Source of the DNA: an uncultured Coriobacteriia bacterium
Lineage (GTDB): Bacteria; Actinomycetota; Coriobacteriia; Anaerosomatales; PALSA-660
Reading direction: 5' to 3'
Assembly: GCA_963695385.1 (NCBI GenBank)
Contig: OY968780.1
Location: 163,645 to 227,644 of the forward strand
Length of the DNA: 64,000 bases
The notes below the pieces were generated by a model that saw only the letters and a list, made by a program, of their open reading frames with translations, did not search any database and was not told where the DNA came from. Shown here piece after piece: positions 29,232 through 38,272 of this stretch. Made by a program: the position numbers and the translations under genes. Numbering within the stretch: position 1 is the first letter of the stretch; each line of letters begins with the position of its first letter.

Positions 29232-29934
29232 TGCAGGAGGCGGTCGCGTTCTCGACAGCGAGCCCGGGTCGGCCGAGGTTCCGCCGCAGCGCCGAAAGGG
29301 GAGTCGTTCAATGCCGGACGTCCGCATGTCCCGCGGAAGCCTGTGGGGCTTCCTGACGATCGCGTTCCTTGTGGGCATCGCGATCGGTGTCGGTCTCCTA
29401 CTCTGGCAGCGATCAACTCTCATGGCCGAGACCCGCGCTCTCGAGAGGAAGATAACCGCGGCGGAGTCCAAGGCTGCGTCCGCCGAGCAGCAGGTCGAGG
29501 ACCTTACCGGTCGCCTCGACACGGCCGAAGCGTCCGTGACGGATCTGACGGAGCAGAACTCTCAGCTGGCGTCGGACCTGGCGAGCGCGAAGGCGTCGGC
29601 TGAGTCGACGAAGTCCAAGACGGCGACGGGTACAGTCAAGGTCAAGGAACGCACGATCAGCCCGAGTTCCGTGAGCGCGAGCGGCACCATCACCATGACC
29701 GCCAAGGTGCAGGGGCGAGCGGACAAGGTCTGGATGAGGGTCACGGGTCCGGGCGGATACGCCAAGTTCTTCACCCTGTCACGCACGAGCACGAGCGGGG
29801 GCGTCGACACCTGGAAGAGGACGGTGAACGCGCCCGACCGGAAGGGCAAATACAACTACTATGCGAACGCCTACCTGGGCAGCAAGAAATTCGATATGCC
29901 CGGGGCCGCGGCGTCATCGTTCACGGTGAGGTAG
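29224..29934 (+). CDS. membrane-anchored coiled-coil protein with C-terminal beta-rich domain (hypothetical)
   Basis: ATG 29224 overlaps the trpA stop by 8 nt. One TM helix (LWGFLTIAFLVGIAIGVGLLLW), an Ala/Glu/Ser-rich coiled coil, then a C-terminal domain of about 100 aa. Confidence 0.5.
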   Translation: MSDAGGGRVLDSEPGSAEVPPQRRKGSRSMPDVRMSRGSLWGFLTIAFLVGIAIGVGLLLWQRSTLMAETRALERKITAAESKAASAEQQVEDLTGRLDTAEASVTDLTEQNSQLASDLASAKASAESTKSKTATGTVKVKERTISPSSVSASGTITMTAKVQGRADKVWMRVTGPGGYAKFFTLSRTSTSGGVDTWKRTVNAPDRKGKYNYYANAYLGSKKFDMPGAAASSFTVR

Positions 29935-29986
29935 AAGCCCAGCGATGCCGCCGGCGGGTCACCGCGGCGGCGCAGAATCGAACGCG

Positions 29987-30020
29987 ATTAGGGCGCCGCG
30001 AAAGCGGCGCCCTAATTATT
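29987..30020 (+). terminator. intrinsic terminator TTAGGGCGCCGC-GAAA-GCGGCGCCCTAA followed by TTATTCGTG
   Basis: Perfect 12-bp stem with a GAAA tetraloop. It sits 53 nt after the stop at 29934 and is followed by a T-rich tail. Confidence 0.55.
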
Positions 30021-30244
30021 CGTGCCGTCCGTCTCTTGACGTTGCCGTTCACCGGCGTATTGGACGCGTTCGGCGGTGTGAGCATGCCAGACAACCTCAT
30101 GACGCGTACTTATCGTGCCGATAACCGATGCATCTCGACGCGTCCTCACGCGGTCACGGGCATCGCGTGGAGATGTTCCGTCACCCTGCCGGGGAGTGTC
30201 GGGTCCTGGGCTCCACCAGGTGCGTCAGTAGGCGGAGAGGGGCC

Positions 30245-30817
30245 ATGGGGCCCCCAGGGGCGACCCGGAGAGGTGTTGAGGAGTTGTCAAACCAGGAGAT
30301 CAGGCTCGAACGAGGGGACATCACACAGGCCGACGTCGACGCGATAGTCAACGCGGCCAACGCCAACCTCGTACTCGGAGGCGGCGTCTGCAACGCCATT
30401 CACGAGGCCGGCGGGCCCACCATCGGGTCCGAGTGCCTGCGTATCCTCGTCAAGAGGGGCGCTCTCAAGGCGGGCGAGGCGGTGGCGACCACGGGTGGGT
30501 CGCTGCGGGCCAGGTACGTCATCCACGCCGTGGGCCCGAACTGGGGCTGGGGCTCTTCCGAAGAGGCGGAGAAGCTGGGTACGGCCTATCGCGCCGCGAT
30601 CAAGGTGGCCGACGATCTCCGGCTTCGATCCATCGCCCTCCCGTCCCTGTCGACGGGAGCCCTGGGTTATCCGGTCGATCAGGTCGCGCCCATCGCCGTG
30701 CAGGCGGTGCGCGCGGCGATACGAGAGGCCAAACACGTCCGAGACGTGCGTTTCATCCTGCGCAGCGACACGACGTACTCCGCCTACCGTCGGGCGCTCG
30801 GCGAGACGGGCTCCTGA
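30245..30817 (+). CDS. macro domain protein (O-acetyl-ADP-ribose deacetylase / ADP-ribose-binding, YmdB-like)
   Basis: IRLERGDITQADVDAIVNAANANLVLGGGVCNAIHEAGG ... ALPSLSTGALGYP are canonical macro-domain motifs. ATG 30245 follows a GGAGAGGGG RBS. Confidence 0.8.
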   Translation: MGPPGATRRGVEELSNQEIRLERGDITQADVDAIVNAANANLVLGGGVCNAIHEAGGPTIGSECLRILVKRGALKAGEAVATTGGSLRARYVIHAVGPNWGWGSSEEAEKLGTAYRAAIKVADDLRLRSIALPSLSTGALGYPVDQVAPIAVQAVRAAIREAKHVRDVRFILRSDTTYSAYRRALGETGS

Positions 30818-30840
30818 GGTGCCGTTCGCGCGACAAGTGT

Positions 30841-30866
30841 GAGGGGCGTCCCGCGGGGCGCCCCTC
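30841..30866. terminator. stem-loop GAGGGGCG...CGCCCCTC followed by TTCTGCTCT, between convergent macro and flotillin genes
   Basis: 8-bp stem whose loop (CCCGCGGG) is itself self-complementary. A T-rich tract follows on the plus strand. Confidence 0.45.
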
Positions 30867-30895
30867 TTCTGCTCTCGGCTTCCTGATGCCGGCTG

Positions 30896-33106
30896 CTACC
30901 GACCGGGCGCCGTCTCGTCCGGCGGCCTCTGGCGCTGGCTCGGTCGCGCCGCTGGTGGAGGAGTCGCGGGCTTCGAGCCCGCCGGCGGCTCCGTCTTGGC
31001 TGCAGGCTTGGCTGTGGGGGACTTGGGCGCGGGGGGAGGGGCGGCGGCGGGTGGCTGTTGCCTCGCGGATTCGAGGATCTGATCCCTGATGCGCGCCACG
31101 GCGTCGTCGCGAGCGCCTATCGCCCCGGTACCCGGCACGATAGGCGCACCGAGCTTGTCGGCCGTCAGCAGCGTCAGCAGCAGGCCGAACGCGTTGTTGT
31201 TGACCGCGCCCTCGCCGTCGCCGCCCATGTTGACCACGGTTGCCGGCACGATCGGCACTTTGGAGGACTCGATGGCGATGGCCATCTTCGTCATGATGTC
31301 CTGCGCCAGCTGGAGTTGCGGGGCACCGTAGGCGCCGACCTGCTCCTCGATGGCGATGGCTTTGCCGATGCCGACGCGCGCCTCGCGGTCCGCATCCGCC
31401 TTGGCGATCATCTGCACTCGGGTGGCGTCGGCATCGGCCATGAGCTTGACCTTCTGGGCTTCGCCGCCCGCCAGGGTCTTGACGCGCTCGGCGTCCTGAA
31501 CGGCGCGCTGGAGCGCGGCTCGACCCTCGTTCTCCTGGATCTGGATACTGATCTGCGACTGCGTGAGCATCGTCTGCTGCTCGGCCACCGCCTGCGCCTC
31601 CTTGAGCTCGCGCTCCTTCTCGGCGGCGGTCTTCTGCTTCTCGAAGGTCTCGAGCTTCTCGAAGGCGACCTGCCGGTCGCGCAGCTGGACGAGGATGGTC
31701 TCGATGCGCGTGTCGCCCTCCGGGGAGCGGGGCGTCCCTATCAGCACTTCCTCGAGCTCCAGGTTGTAGCGAAGGAAGCGCTCCTGCATCTCCTTGGACG
31801 CGCGCACCTGGATGTCGCTTCGCTGCTGGAGCAGCTCGATGATCGTCTTGGTCTGGCCGATGTTCTTGAAGTAGCTGGAGACCATCGGGTCGAGCGTCTG
31901 GTTGACCAGCATCTTGATGTCGCCGAAACGCTGGATGACGAGGGGCGCCTTCATGTAGTCGATGTGGATGACCACCGACAGGGGAAGCCGGGGCTCGAAA
32001 GCGTCCTTGGTGATCAGGTCGATCTCGGTGAGGTTCTCGTCGTAGTTGTGCTGCCCGGACTCGCCCGCTATCCACTTCAGGATGATGTTCGTGGTCGGCA
32101 CTAGGAACACCTGGCCGGCGTACAGGTTGAACGCGTACTTGCCCGGCATGAGCGGCTCGCTCCAGACGCCGCGGTCGCCGACCTTGACGAGCTCGCCATG
32201 GCGGTACTCCTCGCCGGAGAGGTCCTCGCCCTTGGGACCGATGTAGGAGACGACCACGCCGGCGAATCCGACCGGGATGATCGTCTTGTTGATGAGCTCG
32301 ACCGTCGCGAACAGCCTGTTGATGAAGTAAGTGCCCTCCGTGAGCACCTGGTACTGACGGCCCCGGAAGCCGCCGGCGCGCAGGAAGGCCTCGGGGTCCT
32401 GGAAGTTCCCGTGGTAGTCGGGGCTGCCGGCGATGTCCCCCACGGCCGGCGCGATGATGTCGCCCATCTGCAGCGACGGCCCGTCGTGCACGGTGACGAT
32501 GCCGAGCTTGTCCTCCGCGCCCTTGATCACCACAGGCGTGAAGCCCCCGATGCCGGCCAGGTAGCTCGCCATCGACATGATGGTGGCTTCCTCCTCCTTG
32601 CTGCCCATCGGGAGGTAGTAGACCTTCGACTCTGTGATGATCACGAACTGCGCCAGGTTGAACGCGTAGGTACCCTCGCGCAGTATCCGGCGCTGCGGGC
32701 CTCGCTGGCCGCCGTTTGCCATGAAGGCGCGCACGTCCTGGAAGTTGTTGGACTCGACGACGGCTCCGAGAGTCTGATGCGGAGGCAGCGGCTGGCCGTC
32801 TCGAGCGAACACGTAGCCGATCCTGCCCTGCGGGATCGTGATCAGCGATTGTATGCGCACTCGATGCATGAGGGGAGTGCGGAAGTGGATCCCGCCACGC
32901 AACACGTCGGGCTGGACCCCCGCCTCGCCCTTCAGAGCGATGATGTTGTCCTTGAGGGAGCCTCTCGGCGACCACCATCTCTCGACCATGCCGATCTGGT
33001 CGGACCTGACGACGCGGAAGCCGACGAGCCACAGCAGAGCGGCCAAGCCTACGATGACCGCGGCCACCGTCGGCAGGGCGTCCACCAGCGCGGATAGGAT
33101 AGACAT
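30896..33106 (-). CDS. flotillin-like SPFH/Band-7 domain protein with extended Glu/Ala coiled coil and Pro/Ala-rich C-terminal tail
   Basis: N-terminal TM helix, an SPFH domain, then a long EA-rich coiled coil (KTAAEKERELKEAQAVAEQQ...) typical of FloT/YuaG flotillins. The C-terminus is PPAAAPPPAPKSPTAKPAAK... Confidence 0.8.
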   Translation of the reverse strand: MSILSALVDALPTVAAVIVGLAALLWLVGFRVVRSDQIGMVERWWSPRGSLKDNIIALKGEAGVQPDVLRGGIHFRTPLMHRVRIQSLITIPQGRIGYVFARDGQPLPPHQTLGAVVESNNFQDVRAFMANGGQRGPQRRILREGTYAFNLAQFVIITESKVYYLPMGSKEEEATIMSMASYLAGIGGFTPVVIKGAEDKLGIVTVHDGPSLQMGDIIAPAVGDIAGSPDYHGNFQDPEAFLRAGGFRGRQYQVLTEGTYFINRLFATVELINKTIIPVGFAGVVVSYIGPKGEDLSGEEYRHGELVKVGDRGVWSEPLMPGKYAFNLYAGQVFLVPTTNIILKWIAGESGQHNYDENLTEIDLITKDAFEPRLPLSVVIHIDYMKAPLVIQRFGDIKMLVNQTLDPMVSSYFKNIGQTKTIIELLQQRSDIQVRASKEMQERFLRYNLELEEVLIGTPRSPEGDTRIETILVQLRDRQVAFEKLETFEKQKTAAEKERELKEAQAVAEQQTMLTQSQISIQIQENEGRAALQRAVQDAERVKTLAGGEAQKVKLMADADATRVQMIAKADADREARVGIGKAIAIEEQVGAYGAPQLQLAQDIMTKMAIAIESSKVPIVPATVVNMGGDGEGAVNNNAFGLLLTLLTADKLGAPIVPGTGAIGARDDAVARIRDQILESARQQPPAAAPPPAPKSPTAKPAAKTEPPAGSKPATPPPAARPSQRQRPPDETAPGR

Positions 33107-33234
33107 GTCGGATCCCCTCCCTCTGTTGATGCGACGCTACCATCCGAGTGGGCCGAACGCCAGCGCACGTCGGGGGACGGCCGGCGTCACGGGTATGCTA
33201 CGCTCGAGACCCGGCCGCTCGGGAGGAGCATCAC

Positions 33235-34881
33235 GTGCCGCGCATCGCGATCGCGCAGATCGACGTCGTCGTCGGCGATATCGAGGGGAACACCTCCAGG
33301 ATCATCGCCGCGCTTCACGCCGCCGAAGGCCTCGGCGCCGCGATCGCGCTGTTCCCCGAACTCGCCGTGACGGGCTACCCCCCTGAGGACCTGCTCGCCA
33401 AGGACCATTTCGTGGCGCGCAACACCGAGGCGCTCCGGCGGGTCGCAGAGAACTGCTCCGGGATGGTGGCGATCGTCGGCTTCGTTGATCGCGAGGACGA
33501 GAACCTGCACAACGCGGCAGCTCTCTGCCGCGCGGGGAGGGTGGAATCGGTCTATCGCAAGCGGCGCCTCCCGAACTACGGGGTCTTCGACGAGGAGCGC
33601 TACTTCGAGCCCGGCAGGTCGCCGCTGACGTTCCTGATCTCGGGGACGCCGGCGGCATGCAGCATATGCGAGGACGTCTGGGTCCCCGAACTCGTCACCG
33701 AGGCGGCGGGTCTCGGCGCGCGTCTGATAGTCAACATATCCGCGTCTCCCTTCCATGCGGGCAAGGGCGCCCAACGCGAGGAGATGCTCGCCGCGCGCGC
33801 CCAGGACAACGGCATCTGGCTCGCATACTGCAATCTCGTGGGCGGTCAGGACGAGCTGGTCTTCGATGGGCGATCGGTCGTCATCGCTCCGGACGGGACG
33901 GTCGTCGCTCGGGCCCGGGCGTTCGAGGAGGACCTGCTCGTGGTCGACGTTCCCGACTTCGAGGGCCGAGAGGGGCGCCGAGTCTCAACGGATGCCAAGG
34001 ACTCGCGGTCCATGCCTGCCGACGTGGAGCCCATCCTCTCGGGCGAGGCCGAGGTGCACGCAGCCCTGGTGACAGGTCTCCGCGACTACTTCCGCAAGAA
34101 CGGGTTCAAGGATGCCGTGATCGGCCTGTCCGGCGGCATAGACTCGGCGCTCACGGCATCCCTTGCGGTGGACGCCCTGGGACCGGAACACGTCCACGGC
34201 GTCCTGATGCCGTCCCGCTACTCGTCCGCGGGCAGCGTCGCTGACGCCGTCGCCTTGTGCGAGAACCTGGGCATCGACCACAGGACGCTGCCGGTGGAGA
34301 AGGCGTTGGAGGCGATGCACCGCGCACTCGCTCCTTCTCTTCGCGGTATTCCCGAGGACACGACGGAGGAGAACCTGCAGGCGCGCGTGCGGGGGATGCT
34401 GCTGATGGCGCTGTCAAACAAGTTCGGCTGGATCGTGCTCGCCACCGGGAACAAGTCCGAGTTGTCGGTGGGCTACTCGACTCTCTACGGGGACATGGTC
34501 GGCGGATTCGCACCCATCAAGGACGTGTACAAGACGCGGGTGTGGGACCTCGCGCGCTGGCGCAACCGCGACGGCGAGGTCATCCCCCGGAACAGCATAG
34601 AGAAGGCTCCCTCGGCGGAGCTGAGACCAGACCAGCTCGACACCGACTCCCTGCCGACCTATGAGGTCCTCGATCCGGTCCTGAAAGCCTACGTCGAGGA
34701 CGACCTCTCGGTCGATCGCATCGTGGAGTCGGGGTTCGACGCAGCACTCGTGGCCCGAGTCGCACGCATGGTCGACGAGGCCGAGTACAAGCGCCGCCAA
34801 GGGCCGCTCGGCATCAAGATCACGCCGAAGGCATTCGGCAAGGACAGGCGCATGCCTGTCACCAACCGCTACCGCGGCTAA
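33235..34881 (+). CDS. nadE: glutamine-dependent NAD+ synthetase (nitrilase domain + NAD synthetase domain)
   Basis: N-terminal CN-hydrolase domain (FPELAVTGYPPEDL, catalytic C in LISGTPAACSICED-like context). C-terminal SGGIDS PP-loop. GTG 33235 with a GGGAGGAG RBS. Confidence 0.9.
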   Translation: MPRIAIAQIDVVVGDIEGNTSRIIAALHAAEGLGAAIALFPELAVTGYPPEDLLAKDHFVARNTEALRRVAENCSGMVAIVGFVDREDENLHNAAALCRAGRVESVYRKRRLPNYGVFDEERYFEPGRSPLTFLISGTPAACSICEDVWVPELVTEAAGLGARLIVNISASPFHAGKGAQREEMLAARAQDNGIWLAYCNLVGGQDELVFDGRSVVIAPDGTVVARARAFEEDLLVVDVPDFEGREGRRVSTDAKDSRSMPADVEPILSGEAEVHAALVTGLRDYFRKNGFKDAVIGLSGGIDSALTASLAVDALGPEHVHGVLMPSRYSSAGSVADAVALCENLGIDHRTLPVEKALEAMHRALAPSLRGIPEDTTEENLQARVRGMLLMALSNKFGWIVLATGNKSELSVGYSTLYGDMVGGFAPIKDVYKTRVWDLARWRNRDGEVIPRNSIEKAPSAELRPDQLDTDSLPTYEVLDPVLKAYVEDDLSVDRIVESGFDAALVARVARMVDEAEYKRRQGPLGIKITPKAFGKDRRMPVTNRYRG

Positions 34882-35009
34882 AGCCAAAAAGTATACCCCA
34901 TCACCGTCGCGTCGAGACCCGAAACCGATCTACTTTGCGACAAGCGGCCTGTCCCAATGTACAATCATGCCTGCCGGGGTTGCCGGTCGGCCAAAGCATG
35001 GAGAGCGAC

Positions 35010-35216
35010 ATGGGCAAGCTGTATGACGCGGCGCAAGAGGTGGATCGCATCATAGATCGCCAGGGGCTTGACACCTTTCGGGTCAAGGGTCAGATCAGTA
35101 TGCGCACGGGCTTCCTGTTGGCGTTCATCTCGCCGAATGATCCCGACGATCCAGAGAAGATCGAAGCGCTGCAGGCCGCGGCCCTCGATGTATTGGGACA
35201 GCGTCTCGACATATAG
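35010..35216 (+). CDS. hypothetical small protein (68 aa)
   Basis: ATG 35010 is preceded by GGAGAG. It sits immediately upstream of, and is probably co-transcribed with, the Cache/HAMP gene. No recognisable family. Confidence 0.3.
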   Translation: MGKLYDAAQEVDRIIDRQGLDTFRVKGQISMRTGFLLAFISPNDPDDPEKIEALQAAALDVLGQRLDI

Positions 35217-35235
35217 AACGAATGGGGGTCGTCTG

Positions 35236-36453
35236 ATGGGGAACGTGTCGATCAGGGTCAAGGTGATGGCGGCACTGTTCGTGGGGGCCGGTATCTCGAT
35301 GATCGTTCTCGCGCTGGTGCTTCGCCAGGGATACGACGCGGATGTCCGAAGCGCGGCGAACGCCTCGATCGCCAGGGCAGCCAAGACCTTCGCCGAGGTC
35401 GAGTCTCGCGACACTGTCGCACTCTCCGCCGCGGTCGACGTGCTCTCGACAAGGCAGGATCTTCGCGACGCGTTCGAGGCCGGTGACAGAGCTGCGCTGG
35501 CCAAGCTTGCCGCCCCGCTGTTCGCCGACCTCAAGACCCGATACGGGTTCACTCACATGTACTTCATCGACGCCACAGGGACGGTCTTCCTCCGCGCGCA
35601 CAAGCCCGAGCAGTTCGGGGACAATCTGCAGCGCGCGACCTATCTGAAGGCCAAGCAGTCCGGGGGTTACGGGACCGGGCTGGAGCTTGGAAAGACCGCC
35701 TTCGCTCTTCGAGTCGTGCGCCCTTGGTACGCCCCGGCCGCGGGCGCATCCGGCGTCGATCCGGCCGCGAAGGGCCGGCTGATCGGCTATCTCGAACTGG
35801 GCGAGGAGATCGATCACTTCCTAGACATCCTGAAGAGCCAGACCGGCGACAACTATGGGCTGCTGCTGCAGAAGGACAAGCTGGATCGGAAGGCTTGGGC
35901 CGACTTCTCGGCACAGAGGAAGGTGCCCGACACCTGGGATGCGCAGACGACGTACGTGGTGGCCGGAACCACCGAACCCGAAGAAGTCCCCGAGATGGTC
36001 CTCAGCAAGCCGGCGGATCAGATCCCGAATGGCGGCGATGTCGTCGGCACGAAGGTGGAGGACTCGGGGAGCCGCACCGAGATGGACGGGGTATTCCCTG
36101 TTCTGGACGCCAACGGCAAGAAGGTCGGGGCGGTCTACGTGATCGAGGACATCTCTTCCACGGCGAACAGTCTCAGCGGCGCTCAGTACAGGGTGCTCGG
36201 CGTCGTCGGGGTCATGGCCCTGGCGCTGGCGGTGGTTCTCAGTCTTCTCCTCAACTCGCTGGTCTTCTCCAGGCTCGCGGCGGTCATGAGCCACATGGAA
36301 GATGCCTCTCTGCGCATCGCCGGCGGCGACTTCGACGTGCCCGCGACGCCCACCGGGGCGCAGGACGAGATCGGCAAGTTCGAGAGATTCTACGGAGAGT
36401 TCATAACCATGATCGCCGGCACGCTCAAGCAGGTCGGAGGACGCAAGGACTAG
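35236..36453 (+). CDS. membrane sensor with periplasmic Cache/PDC-like domain and cytoplasmic HAMP domain only (no kinase, MCP or GGDEF output)
   Basis: TM1 (VMAALFVGAGISMIVLALVL), an extracytoplasmic domain of about 300 aa, TM2 (VLGVVGVMALALAVVLSLLLNSLVF), then a single HAMP motif (AGGDFDVPATPTGAQDEIGKFERFYGEFITMIAG). The protein ends right after HAMP. Confidence 0.6.
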   Translation: MGNVSIRVKVMAALFVGAGISMIVLALVLRQGYDADVRSAANASIARAAKTFAEVESRDTVALSAAVDVLSTRQDLRDAFEAGDRAALAKLAAPLFADLKTRYGFTHMYFIDATGTVFLRAHKPEQFGDNLQRATYLKAKQSGGYGTGLELGKTAFALRVVRPWYAPAAGASGVDPAAKGRLIGYLELGEEIDHFLDILKSQTGDNYGLLLQKDKLDRKAWADFSAQRKVPDTWDAQTTYVVAGTTEPEEVPEMVLSKPADQIPNGGDVVGTKVEDSGSRTEMDGVFPVLDANGKKVGAVYVIEDISSTANSLSGAQYRVLGVVGVMALALAVVLSLLLNSLVFSRLAAVMSHMEDASLRIAGGDFDVPATPTGAQDEIGKFERFYGEFITMIAGTLKQVGGRKD

Positions 36454-36483
36454 CGGGGACGTGACGGCGGGCTAGGGACATCG

Positions 36484-36924
36484 ATGGTGTTCGTGCTGCG
36501 CTACGTGTCCGGCGACGATCCGAAGATGCTGGCTGTCGCCGATCTGTGCTACGAGACGCTGCACCGGCCCTTCGGTGTGACCCGCTCCGACGACTGGGAC
36601 AACCTCGATCCTCGTTCGACGCATCTCGTGGCGTTGAACGAGGATCGAGTCATCGGATATGCGCGTCTCATCGTCGAGGGCTGTTGGGGACATCTGCGAC
36701 AGGTGGCGGTCGACGAGTGCCACAGGCGGCGGGGGATCGGAACGGCCCTCGTCCGCGAGCTGCTGGACGAGGCGGCGCGCCGGGGCCTGTCGCGAGCCTA
36801 CCTCAACGCGCGGCTGCCGGCTGTGGCGCTGTACGAGAAGTCGGGTTTCGCGCGAGTGGGTGATGTCTTCAAGATGCCGCGTACCTACGTGGATCACGTG
36901 CGCATGGAGAAGATGCTTCGCTGA
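36484..36924 (+). CDS. GNAT family N-acetyltransferase
   Basis: Acetyl-CoA-binding motif QVAVDECHRRRGIGTALV and the downstream LYEKSGF. Confidence 0.75.
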   Translation: MVFVLRYVSGDDPKMLAVADLCYETLHRPFGVTRSDDWDNLDPRSTHLVALNEDRVIGYARLIVEGCWGHLRQVAVDECHRRRGIGTALVRELLDEAARRGLSRAYLNARLPAVALYEKSGFARVGDVFKMPRTYVDHVRMEKMLR

Positions 36925-37129
36925 TCCGATGTCCCGCCGTCCGTGACGCGCGCCGGACCGCCGATCGTGGCACGGAGTCCGCCGCGCCGATTGTGGCACG
37001 GCGCCTCTCGATGGCCTACGCTGTTCCAGTTCCTCGCGGAATGGGGACACAGAGTTCCGCGGGGCGACACCGTTACAGGACAGGGCGCGCGGCAGCGCCG
37101 CCGAGCGTCAATGAGGAGGGACTCGAACG

Positions 37130-38071
37130 ATGCCCAAGATCACCCGAGCCGACGTTCGCGTGCCGGCCGATGTGCCAGCGTCAGTGCGCGAGACCTACAT
37201 CGACAACTACTTGAAGGCAACACGCGGGACGGGCAGGCTCATGCTGTTCGCCTGCGATCAGAAGATCGAGCACCTCAACGACGATTTCTACGGCGAGGGC
37301 ATCTCGATCGACGACGCTGACCCCAAGCACCTCTTCGAGATCGGATCGAAGGGCGTATGCGGGGTTCTCGCCGGGCAGCGCGGCTTGGTGGCCCAGTACG
37401 CCGCTGACTATCCTGACATCAACTACCTGGTGAAGATGAACTCGAAGACCCACCTGGTGAAGACCTCACAGGAGGATCCGTACAGCCCTCAGCTCTACGA
37501 TATCCAGACGGTGCTGGACATGCGCGACAACGGCGTCAACGTCGTGGGGATCGGATACACGATCTATCTGGGTTCGGAGTACGAGGCCTCCATGATGACC
37601 GAAGCCGGTCAGTTGATCGCGGACGCGCACTCCGTCGGCCTGCTCGTCGTGCTTTGGATCTATCCACGTGGTAAGGCGGTCGCCGACGAGAAGGACGCCC
37701 AACTGATCGCGGGCGCCGCGGGGACGGCGGTTTGCCTCGGGTCCGACTTCGTCAAGGTGAATCCGCCGAAGAAGAGCGAGAGCGGGTCATCCGCCGAACT
37801 GCTCAAGATCGTGACGATGGCCGCGGGCCGCACCGGGCTCGTGTGCGCGGGCGGCTCGACCGTGGACGCGCCGACCTTCCTGGGTCAACTCTGGGAGCAG
37901 ATCCACGTGGGCGGCGCCGTCGGCAACGCGACCGGTCGCAACATCCACCAGCGTCCGCTGGACGAGGCGGTACGCCTGACCAAGGCGATAAGCGCGATCA
38001 CGCTCGGCGACTGGGCTGTCGAAGACGCGGTCGCCGTGTTCGACGGGAAGAAGGACTTCGCCTGCGGCTAG
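37130..38071 (+). CDS. class I fructose-bisphosphate aldolase family protein (DhnA/archaeal type)
   Basis: DeoC/LacD-like aldolase fold. A Schiff-base lysine context is present (GSDFVKVNPPK). Length about 313 aa, similar to DhnA-type FBA. Confidence 0.7.
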   Translation: MPKITRADVRVPADVPASVRETYIDNYLKATRGTGRLMLFACDQKIEHLNDDFYGEGISIDDADPKHLFEIGSKGVCGVLAGQRGLVAQYAADYPDINYLVKMNSKTHLVKTSQEDPYSPQLYDIQTVLDMRDNGVNVVGIGYTIYLGSEYEASMMTEAGQLIADAHSVGLLVVLWIYPRGKAVADEKDAQLIAGAAGTAVCLGSDFVKVNPPKKSESGSSAELLKIVTMAAGRTGLVCAGGSTVDAPTFLGQLWEQIHVGGAVGNATGRNIHQRPLDEAVRLTKAISAITLGDWAVEDAVAVFDGKKDFACG

Positions 38072-38272
38072 ACCGCGGGCCAAAGCGTGCGCGTCCCTGC
38101 GGACGTGTGAGCGCGCGCGCATGGAGCGGCCCTGTCGTCGTCGTGTCGGCAGGGCCGCGATGCGTTCGCGGACGGGGATAGAGGCGCCCACCCGGGTGGT
38201 ATCATGTACCGGCCGACGGACGCTCGTCCGCCAAGCACACCCGCACCGACCGCCGTCGCACGAAAGAGCGTC

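Noticed and set aside
30245-30817. DarTG toxin-antitoxin (macro domain as DarG antitoxin)
   Set aside because: There is no DarT-like (DUF4433) gene adjacent. The upstream gene is a membrane coiled-coil protein, and the macro protein is a standalone 190-aa domain.
33148-33234. Upstream extension of nadE from ATG 33148
   Set aside because: The extension (MGRTPAHVGGRPASRVCYARDPAAREEHH) is not NadE-like. GTG 33235 is preceded by the GGGAGGAG RBS and begins the conserved nitrilase domain.
36961-37000. sigma54 promoter (TGGCACG present twice)
   Set aside because: No TTGC -12 element at the required spacing, and the lineage implied by the gene content generally lacks RpoN. I treated these as operator-like direct repeats instead.
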